The notes under the pieces were generated by a model, which did not search any database, was not told the origin of the DNA, and saw only the letters and a program-made list of their open reading frames with translations. From Parasitella parasitica NRRL 2501 (lineage: Eukaryota; Fungi; Mucoromycota), in assembly GCA_025201805.1 (NCBI GenBank), contig MU619245.1, forward strand, positions 316,697-380,696: a DNA stretch of 64,000 nucleotides, written 5' to 3'. The position numbers were made by a program, and so were the translations under genes. Below are positions 1 through 12,566 of the stretch, piece after piece. Position 1 is the first letter of the stretch; every line of letters begins with the position of its first letter.

Positions 1-418
1 CGTTTTTGGGCGAATCTGCCTCTGTAGCTTCGGCAGCTTCAGCCTCGGCTTTTTTCTTTTTATTCAATGTCATAGCCATCATTCTCCATGTTAGATTTTC
101 CAATCTTGAACCATTAGGCAAGGTATCTTTTGCTTTTGTATATAATCTCCAGACTTGAGTGGCTAAAGGGTCCTCCTTTTTACCCTTTTTCTCGTCTTCC
201 CCATCGCTATCTTCTTCGTCGCTGTCTTCAATCATTGCCTTGGGTTTTCTAGGAGGAAATAAGGAATCTGATAAAAGAGCAGCTGTAACAGCAGGAGGAG
301 TTTTTGGTGATAAAGCAGCAGTAGTTCTATCCAAAGCACTCTTCTTCTTCAATTCACCAAGCTGAAGCTCAGAATACTTTTTCTTTGGGTCTGACGAGTC
401 AAAGGTTGATTTTTGCAT
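1..418 (-). CDS. AreA/Nit2/Gat1-like GATA transcription factor, N-terminal part (DUF1752 motif); runs off the window start
   Basis: Minus-strand frame from ATG at 418 reads ...EDPLATQVWRLYTKAKDTLPNGSRLENLTWRMMAMTLNKK, the conserved N-terminal motif of fungal nitrogen-regulatory GATA factors. The zinc finger lies outside the window. Confidence 0.8.
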   Translation of the reverse strand, partial: MQKSTFDSSDPKKKYSELQLGELKKKSALDRTTAALSPKTPPAVTAALLSDSLFPPRKPKAMIEDSDEEDSDGEDEKKGKKEDPLATQVWRLYTKAKDTLPNGSRLENLTWRMMAMTLNKKKKAEAEAAEATEADSPKN

Positions 419-664
419 GACTCCGTGGTTGTATGTTTTTAGTCAATGTGTAGATCTCTTTATTTTTTTTTGCTTTTGTTTTGAGATATACAATCCAAGT
501 GGTCTAGATACAGGATTGTTTTGTTTTCACCAACAAGTAAAAAACAAAAAAAAAGGTTGAAAAACGAAAAGAAAAAGAGTGAAAACTCAAAACTTAAGAA
601 ACATGTAATATTGGTAGTAACCAATCATGATTTACATCGTTGGTTGAAAAGTAAACGTTTTATT

Positions 665-2415
665 TCAGTTTTTCAGTTGAACGATGGAATTCACAGCACA
701 CCTATAATCCAAGTCTGTAAGTACACAGCTTGCAAAGAAATCATCTAGCAACTTACATCCAAATTCGAGTTTTATACAATTTAAATAACTCCCTGACCAA
801 CTCCCGGAAATCAACTCTTTTTTCAGCAACAAAATAAAAGGTAAGCTTGCGTCTATCCCTGTGTGAATATAGTGTGGTTAAAAGAGTGTGAACAAAAAAT
901 TCATAATCTCGCATACCATTGATACTCGGCATCTACAACTTGCATGTTGAGCTTCTTCTGCTTTATTTTTGATTGACAAATCATCAATACTTTGGCTTCA
1001 TCTTGTCCTTTTGCCATCAGCAAAGTAATTTCATCCGATCTAGCTTGTCTAAATATGCATTTTACATATATTTCATTGGGTAAGTACGTCTTCTTTTCTT
1101 CTGTCGTAGAGTTTTGGCTATTGTTGTTTTTCAATTGGCAGTAGAATTTTTCCAGTTGCTGTCTACTAATATTTTCCATGATAATTTTACCAAGGTCTTT
1201 GCCTCGGTCAGCTTCTACAATAACTAAATCATTTTCCTTGAGATTGTTTGATGGTTGGCTGTAAAACACATCAGACCTGCCGCCTTTGAATTCGACCACA
1301 TAGAATATAGCATCATTCAATATGTCTGAATCTAATCTGGTCCCCTTTCCCATGTCGTCTATCTTTATAACTTCTGATTTACTAGGTTGTGGCATAGCCA
1401 TAGAGCCAGGAGAGGGAGGCGAAAGTCTATCCCGAACGGCTAAATCAGATATAACATCTTGTTGATTCAGCAAAGAAGAAGATGATGATGAAGTAGGGTG
1501 AAATGATGGCAGTTGATTATTATTGTAGCTTGTACTATTAGTTGGTCCCGCAAGTGAATGTCGTCTTTGATTCATGAAGAAGGACGTCGATGCTAATGGA
1601 TGGTGCTGTTGTTGTTGCTGTTGCTGCAGCAACTGCTGCTGCTGCTGCTGTAGTAATAGCTGCTGCTGTAATTGCTGATGGTGATGGATTTGCTGTTGTT
1701 GCTGGTGATAATTGGTGTTTTCCATGAATGCACCTGATGGCTGTGCAAAGGAAAATCGCCTTATTCTTTCCCTGATTTCCGTCATTTGGTTATCCTCTTG
1801 ATCCAATAAAGAAGGCGGGATCAAAGATGACCTCCTACCATTATTAACTTTTGCCCACGTATCTGCACCATCTTTGTTCAAAGGGTTCCAAATATAATTA
1901 TCGACAGCAGAAGACTTTGATCTAAGCCTTCTACTTTTCTCGTGGTGCTGGTGCTGAGGGTGCTGGTCCTCTTCTTCGTCATCCTCTTGGATGATTGGAT
2001 TTAAAAACATACTGTGGTGGTTGAACGACTTGAAGTCATCTTGGATAAATGAATAGGACATGGACCTTTGCTCGCGATAAAAAGGCTCTTCAGATACTTC
2101 AGGTAGCATTGGTACAGAGGCAATATCTTCGAAAAATGGTTGAACAGCTGAGTTTCGTCTAATAGGCGGAAAAGCATAATCAGAAAATCGTGTTGTTTGT
2201 TGCACTTCGGAAGGGTGAGGCAGCGTTGTGCTTGATCTTCTGCTTGGATTCCACCCAGTTAAATCTGCATTCTCTTGCGGTTGTTGCTCATTGAAAAAGT
2301 CCTCATTGAATGGAGGCTATTAGAATGAAATGGCGGTTTAAAAAGGAGGCTCAAAATTACAGTTTCAGTCCAGTAATCAAGATTTAATACTTACACTTGC
2401 CGTAAACTTGGACAT
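665..2415 (-). CDS. PSP1 C-terminal domain protein, spliced, with polyQ/low-complexity N-terminus
   Basis: [14 protein letters not shown]...[15 protein letters not shown]...[10 protein letters not shown] is joined by a GT-AG intron to [34 protein letters not shown] and a last exon [11 protein letters not shown] (stop 665-667). Probable ATG at 2415. Confidence 0.85.
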
Positions 2416-2451
2416 AAATGCTTTATTGCTATTAATGAGATAATATCTAGG

Positions 2452-2467
2452 TATATATGTATGTATG

Positions 2468-2498
<31 letters not shown>
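2452..2498. repeat. (TATG)n/(TA)n microsatellite in the PSP1/Nudix divergent intergenic region
   Basis: Directly visible tatgtatgtatgtatatatatata... run. Confidence 0.9.
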
Positions 2499-2504
<6 letters not shown>

Positions 2505-2687
2505 AGAAGAGAAGAGAAGAAAGAAAGGAAAGGAAAGAGAGGGAACTTTTTCTTGCACTGTTAAAGGAGGAAGGTGGGTATTTGTACGCCCAAAACCAAC
2601 CTTTTGAATCCAAACAGGAGATAATATTTTCATTTGATTGTGGGTCACACGCACTTTTTTCCCTTACAAACTTGTATTATTAGGACA

Positions 2688-3505
2688 ATGCCACTTTCTA
2701 TCAACACAAAGGGCACTGCGGCTGTAATTGTATCAGAAGAAATCCAGCATAAAAGGTCAGTGATTATTTTCAAGGCGTCAATTTCTCTAAAAGTAATCTG
2801 CAGATTTATCACTGTTTGGAACCGCACAACACAGTTTGATGATGGTCGCGTAATCCAATGGGACGTAGTAGGCCATAGTACTCCTGAACCGACTTTTTGC
2901 GTAGTTTTCGCATTTGATACAAAAGCAGTAAGCTATTATTTTCTACCGCTGTATCGCTGCCGATCCTAACAATGAAAAGAGAACAACCACCCTCCTCAAA
3001 GAATACGCACAAGGCACAAACGAAATTGTAAGGCACCATTGTTTTTGATTATGCAAAATATTAAACTTTAATTATATTTAGAAATACACCTGTGTCGCAG
3101 GTTCATATGATAGAAGCAAACATGCAAGGTGAGTTCTTTAAATCTGTTATTTGGTGATATCATTAACTTTGCATTCGAAGCATCGACCAGGCTGCCCAAC
3201 ACGAACTCTCTGAGGAAGCCCATTTAGCTGGCGGTCGCTGGATCAACCTGCTGCCTTCTGATTACTCGTCGGACGGGATCAGTGAGTTAAAATGGGGCAA
3301 AAACAAGTTTGTTCCTTTTCTTTGTTTAGACCCTCACCAAGATGAAAGTCCCATGGCAAGAGATGCAGAGGAATGCATGGACGTGGTGCATAATATTACC
3401 GTTGACCAAGTTAAAAAATTTATTACGAGAGCAGAGATGATGCTTCCCTCTGTCCAGACAGTCTGGATGGCGCTAGAATATCTGAAAGACAACAATTATA
3501 TTTAA
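2688..3505 (+). CDS. Nudix hydrolase (NudF/ADP-ribose pyrophosphatase-like architecture), about 5 exons; only partly in the ORF track
   Basis: Manual splicing gives MPLSINTKGTAAVIVSEEIQHKR|FITVWNRTTQFDDGRVIQWDVVGH...FAFDTKA|RTTTLLKEYAQGTNEI|KYTCVAGSYDRSKHAS|IDQAAQHELSEEAHLAGGRW...RDAEECMDVV...LEYLKDNNYI*. It has a Nudix-box-like G..AAxxELxEEAxL and canonical GT-AG introns. Confidence 0.8.
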
Positions 3506-4826
3506 AGAATGTCTGAGGGTTTGGTCAGCTTGACTAGCTTGATCAAACGGTCATTGTCCTGTATTTTTTACAATAAAGCATCAATGCTACTGAATCCTCG
3601 TAGGTATGCCCATTGTTTCTTACCTTTTTCAATTGATTCAGCTCCTTTTGGAGGGCGAACAAGGATTTGTTATTTTCAGGTTTCTTTGTTAGGTTGTCCA
3701 TGTAAGCATCCAAATCTTCTTCTGCCCCAGCCGCTTCATTGTCTTTCTTTGCCTGCGCTTCTTTCTTCTCTGCAATCTCTTTTTCAATCTTGGCAATATC
3801 GATTTTGGCTTGTTTCTGCTTCCTCACCAGATCTCCGTGTGTTTCTGCTTTCTCGGCCTTTTTCTTTTTTCTTGCTAGATGCACACATGCGGCAAAGATC
3901 AATACCTGAATCCAAACACCCACAATGAGCCTACTTACATGTCTTGTCATATAATTCTTCGTCACTGTCATCGTCGTACATGATCTTCAAATCTTCTCTG
4001 CGTCTTTTGGCATCTTCGAAAGCCATTTTTTCTGCCTCTACGCTCAGAAGACCCGCGTCTCCAGATTTATCTAGACTGGCTTCAATATCTTGCACAGTGT
4101 TTTCTCCTCCATTATACTCGTCTTCATCATCGTCTTCCACAGCATCCTCCTGAAAGCCCCATGATATACCTTGGGATTCTACATCTTCTGTCTGATTTTG
4201 CTCCAAGTCCCCTCTCGCTTTAGCAAGGCGTTGCTTGAGTGCTATTTGACGTCTCTCTTCCGCCTCTGCTTCAGGATCATATGGCTTTTCAGAGTCAAAT
4301 ATACATAATCGCGTACTTTCTCCAAATCGAATTTGATCTCCAGGATTTAACTTGACATAATCTCTTTTAGGAACTGCCTTCTTGTTGACTCTTGTGCCAT
4401 GCGCACTATCCAAATCATATAAATATGCGTTACCATCGTGGTCGAATTGTATAATGGCTTGGTAGCGAGAAACCGACTAATAGCCGTGAACAAAGTTAGT
4501 ATTTTTTTTTGGCATAGATGGCAGCACGAAAGGAAACTTACAGGATGCTCCATTGGCATATCACAAATAGGTAGCCTTCCGATGGTAACAAATTCTTTTT
4601 TGAGCCCTTGTATTGTGTCTATGCTAGCCCCGTTTTTCAAAACTTCCAATCGATAAGCATATATCGGTTGCGCACTCCATGAAGGTTTTTCGTAATTTAA
4701 AGATGGTGGTTGTGGCAGTTTCTGCAGATGTTCTTTTGGTAAAGCTGGAGCTGGCTCGGGCGCTTCTGATTTCGTCTCCTTCTGTCTAGGAAGTGCAGGG
4801 ACTGCAAACTCTTTAGAATCATCCAT
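3502..4826 (-). CDS. FHA-domain protein, kanadaptin/SLC4A1AP-like
   Basis: YEKPSWS...LEVLKNG...VTIGRLPICDMPMEHP|SVSRYQAIIQF...YLYDLDSAHGTRVNK...IRFGESTRL (FHA), then GISWGFQEDA and EDLDAYM motifs. The last exon DNDRLIKLVKLTKPSDIL* has its stop at 3502-3504. Confidence 0.85.
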
Positions 4827-5762
4827 TTTGTCTTTGGTGGAAAGAAATAGGATGGAATACCGTAATATGTATCTGGCATTTGGCTGTACCCTACCCCAAA
4901 CAACAAAATACCAGTCAAAAGACCCGCTGTGCAAGTATTTCATTTCTTCGAATTTGGAGAGTAAAACAAAGCAACATGGCTTTTTTTTTTTGCGAAATTT
5001 TCTAGCATTCACTTAATTAGCCTGTAGGACATTGATATCATATTAATAGAGAATTAAAATACGCTTCTCTTCGTGTATTTAATTGTTATTTTTACTGTCA
5101 AGAATATAAAGTTATTGCTGCCTTTCGTAAAAACGTATTATAAGCAAAAATCAAAAATTTGGGTAATAAATGCCACATTTAACGGCTTAGACGTATGCAT
5201 CGGTTGCAAGCCAAGCATTTCTGTTGATTTTTGCTTATACTGGCTTATTGCTGTCAAGCGTCGAGTTTTAACTGATTAAGAGTTTTGAGTTTAATGCATT
5301 AGAAAGAAGCTACGAATGAAAAGAAATCGTTTTGGCCAGGTCTGCGGCTCCAAAACTAATTGAAGACAGGAGAAATGAGCCCTCCAACTTGACGCATTTG
5401 TATGAATTTAACAGTATTCTGTGTCCAAAATGGACCACCAGGTTGGTTTTAATCAATGGCGCAGTTCCATTGTTTAGTCGAAATTGAAGTTTACGTGTGG
5501 TGTAACGACCAGCTTCAGACGCGGATATCCCTTTATAAAATAAAGAATACAGTGTATACTAGCGTATATAAAACGCTCTAACGTGTTGCATCCATATTAT
5601 CATAGCTCTTTAGATTTAAAACATAGAAATGTTGTGCACCATGCCCAAGTACTTTTGCTATACAACATGCTGAGGTCGATCAAATGTGCCACCAAGTCGG
5701 TCGCGCTTATAATATCATCATCATGAGAAAATTCAGCATTATTTTCACGTTTCCACTAAAAT

Positions 5763-6925
5763 ATGATATTACAAACGTTCAAGTGGGTAGGGTTGGCCAT
5801 ATTTACTTCCTACTTGGTTTCCAGTAGCAGGCGTCAGACTACATTGGGTTCATTGGCTGATAATCCCTCTGGAATCTTCACACCAGACTTTTATCCAAAT
5901 GGTACAGATCTAGAGTTGCCTCAAGGGACAATGAGATATTGGAAGTTTGGCAATGAAGATGGAAACCGCGTCGTGCTGATACACGGCATTTCAACCGGCT
6001 CTGCTATTTACGACAAGCTAGCTCGAGATTTGGTAAATACCTAGTAGACGTAATTAGGCGTGAGCTAACCCAAAACAAAGGCTGACAATGGGCATCATGT
6101 TCTTGTATATGATCTTTGGGGCCGTGGTTATGCACAAGCGCCTGCAGCATGTTATGATGAAGCTCTTTATACGTCGCAGCTGGCTATGCTTTTGCAGAAA
6201 GTTGGATGGAAAAAAACAGACGTAGTTGGTACCTCTTTAGGTGAGAATGACATGTACGTATATATTTGCGAAGGCTGACACTGTTTAGGTGGTGGTATTG
6301 CAACATCTTTCACCGCTTTCTATCCCGAAATGGTGAATAAACTAGTGCTCTTGGCCCCTGCAGGGCTGTTCGATGCAAAAGAGATGCCTTTGATGTCAAA
6401 AGTTGTCAATCTTCCTTTTGTGCATAATTTCATCGTCAATCAGCCGTATGTGCGCCCGTTGATATTAACTGCCATACAGAGATTTGCTAAATCAGCACGC
6501 TTGGTCCAATCTGGTTTAGATGTCGATACTGAGGCTACTATCTCAAAGATCACAGAGATTGCGACATATCAGTTTTTGAATCATCCAGGCTTTTTGAGAG
6601 CTTTTTTGGGGACAGTTGTTGATTTTCCATTTACAACTTTAAAGAAAAGATATGAAAAAATTGGGAAGTTAAAAGATAAGCCTGTTTTATTGATTTGGGG
6701 TGATAAAGACACGGTAGGTAGTTGGTTAATATATAAACCTGAAGCAGCCTAACAAATACATTTATATATATATATGAATAGATAGTTCCTTTCTACCACA
6801 GTGAGGAAGCAACAAAACTAGTCCCTCAAGCCAAATTGGTGGTTTTTAAGGATCAAGGACATGATGTTCTCATCACAAAGTGGAAGTTAGTTGATGAAGA
6901 GATTGAGACTTTTTTGATGGTGTAA
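5763..6925 (+). CDS. alpha/beta-fold hydrolase with N-terminal hydrophobic segment
   Basis: VLIHGIS, YDLWGRG, nucleophile elbow GTSLG|G, LIWGDKDT|IVP and QGHDVL give a complete Ser-Asp-His triad; 3 introns. Confidence 0.85.
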
Positions 6926-8671
6926 TGCACTGAAAATTCGAGTAATCACCAGCCTCAAAAAAGTATTACATGGGAGTTCATGAACAGAATTCAATAAACT
7001 GCGAGCATAGATTATTTGTATAAACCTAAATGCTGGCTGTTACTTTTTTTCAATTTTCATTTAGAGTGTTACACATTCCAGAACAGTAGAGTGATGTTTG
7101 ACGGCAGTTAAGCAACATCTCCAGATCAAGAAATGATCGTCATTTTGACATTTCAGTTCAGCTCAGGGGTAATGTTCCCTAAATCCACATTTAAACCAAA
7201 GAGAAAAGATATAGAGCACATGCACCATAAAAGAAATTACGTTGCAGCACGTATTTAAAATATACTACTATATTTCTCAAAAATAAATACATTGAACATC
7301 TATTGAAGGTTAGTGAAATTATTACATAATTTCATTTTGAGAAACGAAGGTTTACTATAACAGAAAGAAAAGTTTGGAATATTGGCATTTATTGCTGAAT
7401 GGTTGAACCTGCAAAGCGACCTAATCGTACCACGTTTCGTTCAAACTAAATTTCTGTAAGTAGGCTTTTCATATTGAAAAGCAGCAGATTCCGACACCAC
7501 GGTCTACCATAATCATGCGACTAATGGAAAGAAGCTCAACACAGCTAGCAAAAACAGACATCTCAAACAAGGACCACTTTTTCATCTTCTTCTCTAGTGC
7601 AAACAGTGATTTGGCTTTTACTATTGCCTTTGCCGTTGGCACAATAATTCAAGGTTGGAGACTTTGAATAAACAGTTATATGCAAGCTCGTTACCAAATT
7701 TTGTAATCGTTTAACCTTTAAAATACATTCAGTGAATGCTCCAAAAACAACTTGGTGGTACGTTTAAAGTATGCAGCCATCTCTTTTGCTTGCTATTTAA
7801 ATCTTTGCCGCTTCAGTGTCATAAAAAGAGCCAAAAGGTTCATAGCGACATTACTTTTTGCCCGTTGTCAGCTGTCTATCACTAAGTTTTATGAGTTTTC
7901 TAATCTTGAATAGCCTTGAAAATAATGTGTTTGGTTGCTACCTTATCTTTAGCTTTATGAATACCAAGAAATGCTTGTTTTTCTCTTCTCTGCAAAAACT
8001 GATATTCGTTTAAAAGTTGGCAGCATTTACTAATAAAACGGGATAAGTTCTGCTTTAGAGAAGACTCGAGATTTGTGCTTTATGAACTTTGGTGCCCAAT
8101 GTTATATTTGAGACTTTCACAAGTGCATCAACCTAGGTCTCTACATGAGAGTTACCTCGAGGTTTTTCAAGCCAGTTTATTCTACTTTTCCACACTCTAT
8201 TGACCAATGGCTATTTTAAGATTGCATGTGCTAATTGCCTAAATTGACATTGACCCAAACATTGCGTAATGATGCCTAACTGTATAATCATACAAATGTT
8301 ATACACGACAGAAACAAATTGTTGCGTGAAATCAAGATAGACAGCATGTAATGGTACGGCACATAAATTATATCAAGCTTTGTACATCGGCTGGCTCGTT
8401 TAGACGTCAGACGAATGCAAGGTTACAGCAGCGACTTGTGCATGTCTTGCGCGACAGATATGAATGAAAACTTACTTGCTTGCTCACTTACTTTACCCTC
8501 AATGAATGATAAAAACTTGATGTTTGTTGAAGGCTGCTGGATGAACACAGAGTTTTAGTAAAAGGGAGATTAAATTCCTTCATTGACGAACCAATTTTTT
8601 TTTCTTTTCTTTTTCATTTGTACAGCATCGTGTTGATGCAAATAGGCAATTAAAGATTAAAATTGCATAAA

Positions 8672-9974
8672 ATGGACAATAATACAGTTGACATCCACGA
8701 GGACTCTGGAAGATATCTTCAAGAGTATATCCAAAGTATAGAAGCAATCTGACCATTGACATGACCCTTGAATCAAACCCATTATTTTACTCTCCTAGGC
8801 CTAGAAAATCTCCCGAGCGAAATACAGTATCATTGGGCAGAAATACGGAATAGATATGACCAAGCTAAGGGTAAGGGTACAGAGTGCAGGCTGCAGATTG
8901 CAATAATATCTGTACTAATACAGTAATACAGCTCCAGAGAGACGGATTAAGGCTGGCCAACATGATCTCGCAAAAATACATAGACAGTGGTTTACGCAGG
9001 AATTGGAGAAGAGAGAGAAACTGTTGAAGCACCAGCCAGTCATCATACAAAGAATACACAACGACTATAATAAACTAGAGGGTTTAGCTAACGAAAGAGT
9101 CTCGTTAGCAGAAGAGGCACTCAAATTAGTACGTAGCAATTGACTATCCATTCCTCCCTAAATCCAAACAACATTTTGTTAGGTTGACCGACACTTGCTG
9201 CGTCTTCAAAGAGATATCGACAAACACGACCAAGAGCATCCCGAGTACGTCCCAGAACCATCACTTCCAACGCGTAGCTACACAATACCTCATGGCAGAA
9301 AAAGTAAGTGTTCTTGCTTGTTTAGGACTGCGAACAAACATTCTAACGGCAACTCGAATAGGTACCTTGACAGACGCGGATGACATCCAGCCTGAAGACT
9401 ACGAAGCTGTGGATAACGAAGACGGCGAGGAAGACGAGGGAGAGGATTCGGATCACAACGATGACTTAGATGAAAAAGAAGAAGAGGTGGAGGATGAAGA
9501 AGAGGAAGAGGCGGAGGGGGAATTGGAAGAGGAGGAACAACACATACCGGTGACCGAAGAAAAGGTCGAGTCTAAACCAACAACTGCCGTGCAGATACCA
9601 CCTGTCAAAGTGGACCCTGATATTCAAGCTATCATAATAGCAAATAGAAACCAAAAGCAAAAGAAAAAAGAAGCCCGAGAATCAAATAAAGACGAGCCTC
9701 TGTATTGTTTCTGTCAGCAAGTATCGTATGGAGAAATGGTTGCATGTGATGGCGAGGTAGTATCGTAGCACTGGACTTGTTTGGTTTTATTGACATTTGT
9801 CATCGTTAGAACTGTCCCTATGAATGGTTCCATATGGATTGCGTTGGCCTTGATGAGCCACCAAAGGGCGCTTGGTATTGTTCAGATTGCACAGTTGAAA
9901 TGCGCAAACGCAAATCACTCAGCTTACCGCTGAGTAAAAAGATGAAGCGAAAAAAGGAATCCTATCATGCTTAA
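8672..9974 (+). CDS. ING-family chromatin reader (Yng2/Pho23-like) with C-terminal PHD finger
   Basis: YLQEYIQS|[15 protein letters not shown] (ING N-terminal domain) and [20 protein letters not shown]|[27 protein letters not shown] (ING PHD). Confidence 0.9.
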
Positions 9975-10125
9975 TAGAGGGCCCAGCAACCCTTACACAA
10001 CCTGTATAAAAAACCAACTCTCTAGTTAACCTTTCATTATTGTACATATCAAATAACTTTTTAATAAATAATCACTTGGATCAATATAGAAAAAAAGAAC
10101 CTCATATTTACGTGTAAGTTATATA

Positions 10126-10126
<1 letters not shown>

Positions 10127-10176
<50 letters not shown>
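10127..10176. repeat. ~50-nt poly(A) tract between convergent ING and eIF3m genes
   Basis: Visible homopolymer; no flanking target-site duplication seen. Confidence 0.85.
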
Positions 10177-10178
<2 letters not shown>

Positions 10179-10228
10179 TGGAGTACAAAGCGAGAAATTA
10201 ACAAAAAAAAGAGAGGAAACAACACAGA

Positions 10229-11916
10229 TTATTTAGCTTCACCTTCTACAATTACATTAGAAGCAGCACCACCTTGTAAAGTACCACCAGCGATTAATTT
10301 GGCATTGCCGACAACAGCCAAAATCTCATTCAAATTCTCCTTCCAAGCGCTCAAGCTTGAGCTCAGCTGTTTCCACTGCTCTTTTCCAAAAACACGGTAG
10401 ATGCTGCGATGAACAAGAACAGTTCTGTTGAGTTGGTTGAGCTTGGCTTCGACAAGTCCGGCACGAATAACATCAATCACCCACATCTCAACTTCGTCCT
10501 CGGGGATCTGAAGATTGTTGGCAATTTCAGCATATGTCAATTCACGAGAAAGATTCTCGGATCCAAGGGAGGCCAAAGATAACAAACGCATTTTGTGGAT
10601 ATTTTTGTCGGCATCCTTGATCAAACTAGTATGAGCAGTAGAGAATGTTTGGTATGTAGACAAAGTGCCGTTCAAAAAGACGTCTAGTAATTCGAATTCC
10701 TCGGTGCCCTTGAGTTTTTGAATAGAAGCGTATTGCAAGAGATCTTCAAAGGCGTAATAGTTCTCCATGGATATAGCACGCAGAACAACATCCTTGGCAA
10801 GAGTGACAGATTCGGCATCATTATCGTCGAGAATGGCTAATTTCTTCAGAGAGAAATCCAGGGCCAATTTTCTAAAATTCCAAACCACATCAATTACACG
10901 TCTTTGCGTACAAGCCGATTCACTTACTCTTCTCCAGACTTGAGCAAAGTTTGGCTCAAATAATCGTACAAGCTGCGTTGGATTTGTTGATCAATACCCC
11001 ATTGCTTGGTCCAGGTGTCGATATATTCTAATTGAGGATAAAGGGAATCGAGTTCATCAGCTTGGGCCGTGGCATCAACCAATCCAACAAAAGCATTGTA
11101 ACGGAGAGGTGAGTTACCGGGTAGAGCGTTGTACAAGTTGAGTAAACTATAGAAACGTGTCAATATTCCTCAAGCTGATCTCGGTCAATGTCCTGATTTT
11201 ACATCTTTTGCTTCAAGCTAGTCTTGTTGCTTTCAGTCTTGGTCAAAGTATCGACTAACGATTGAACGGCAGAGGAAATAACAGATTGTGGAGCACTCAA
11301 GACAACGACGATGAGCAAGTTGAAAGCACCTTCAACCTCTATTTGTTGTAGTTGTTGTTGATAATGATATCAAGTACAGGCGCATACAATGGTTAGTTAA
11401 CAGAATTAGCACAATATACATTTCAAACTCTACCTCTGTCATTCTCGATCAATAAGATGGAAGCGTCCTTGGCGAGTTCAGCATAAACAGTGTCTTTCTT
11501 GTCAGATTTGTATAGAGCCTCTATTTTTTGAACATAAGGAGCGTCGGAATCGCCCTCTTCGCCTCTCAATTTAGAGATATAAAGAGCTAAATCGGTAACC
11601 TATTTAATACAGCTCATTAGTCATCTGTCAATTTTTAATGCATTTTTGCTGATTGTATTGTGTTTAGCTAAAGAATAATTTCAAAAAAAAAAAAGAGTTG
11701 ATTGGTGTATTGTGTTGATGTGTCCTGTCGTTTAATAGCAATATTGAATTTGTCATGAGCAATGTGTAAAGTAAAAGATTATGTAACTTGTGTTTTTGGT
11801 GTAATTCAACCCTTTTTTTTTCTTTGCTTCTTCAACCAACAAAATTCGCAAACTACGCGTGGATACTTTACTTGGTTATCAGCACCACTCTGTACAAAGA
11901 TATTGCTAGCGGACAT
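10229..11916 (-). CDS. EIF3M: eukaryotic translation initiation factor 3 subunit M (PCI domain)
   Basis: KMRLLSLASL...VEMWVIDVIRAGLVEAKLNQLNRTVLVHRSIYRVFGKEQWKQL is the typical eIF3m PCI region. First exon MSASNIFVQSGADNQ starts at 11916. Confidence 0.9.
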
Positions 11917-12463
11917 GATGTGCAGTAGTATCTATGATGATTTGAAAGAGAAAAAAGAGGAAAAAAATCTTGAAAGCAAAAAGACCGGGCTTTGGCTTTT
12001 TTTTCTGTAGTGGCTTATCAGGATTACACTAAGCTGAATGATGGTCATTTAACAACGCTTTTGCCTATCCTCTTTACTGATATAATATCACATCAAAGGA
12101 TTTTGTACAAAAAACATGAGCATATAAACACACTGGAGGTTTAATAAGAAAATACTTGTTCAGATTATTGTGGATAATCATTAAATTTTAAGATTTTATC
12201 ATACGTAGGTGATCCTTAACACTTTTTTTTTCAAGTTCAACACATTGTAGAGACTACTACTGTACAACAGCCAGCATCTGCAAGAAGACTTGAATGATAT
12301 AACTCAAAAATGACAGACATGTATACTTGTAATGGTCATCCCAAGTAAAATACAATTCCGGAATACCAAGTGTGTATATCAATCGCAGCGAAACATTTCT
12401 TATTTTGATGCTTCTCTTTGAACGAAACTTCATGTAATCAGAGTCGATTGGTACTAGTTGAGT

Positions 12464-12566
12464 CCGACTACTTTTTTGGTATACCCGACTAATTACTTAT
12501 TAAATCCGACTAATTATTTATCAAACTCGACTAATTGCTTGTTAGTTCGACTAATTTTACAACTAA
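12464..12566. repeat. 21-bp-period imperfect tandem repeat with core (C/T)CGACTAATT, 5 copies
   Basis: Core starts at 12464, 12485, 12506, 12527 and 12547. Confidence 0.8.

Noticed and set aside
10127-10176. retrotransposon tail
   Set aside because: No TSD or upstream element sequence; likely a plain or assembly-inflated homopolymer.
11601-11871. possible snoRNA in the long first intron of eIF3m
   Set aside because: No paired C (RUGAUGA)/D (CUGA) boxes or convincing H/ACA hairpins could be identified by eye.
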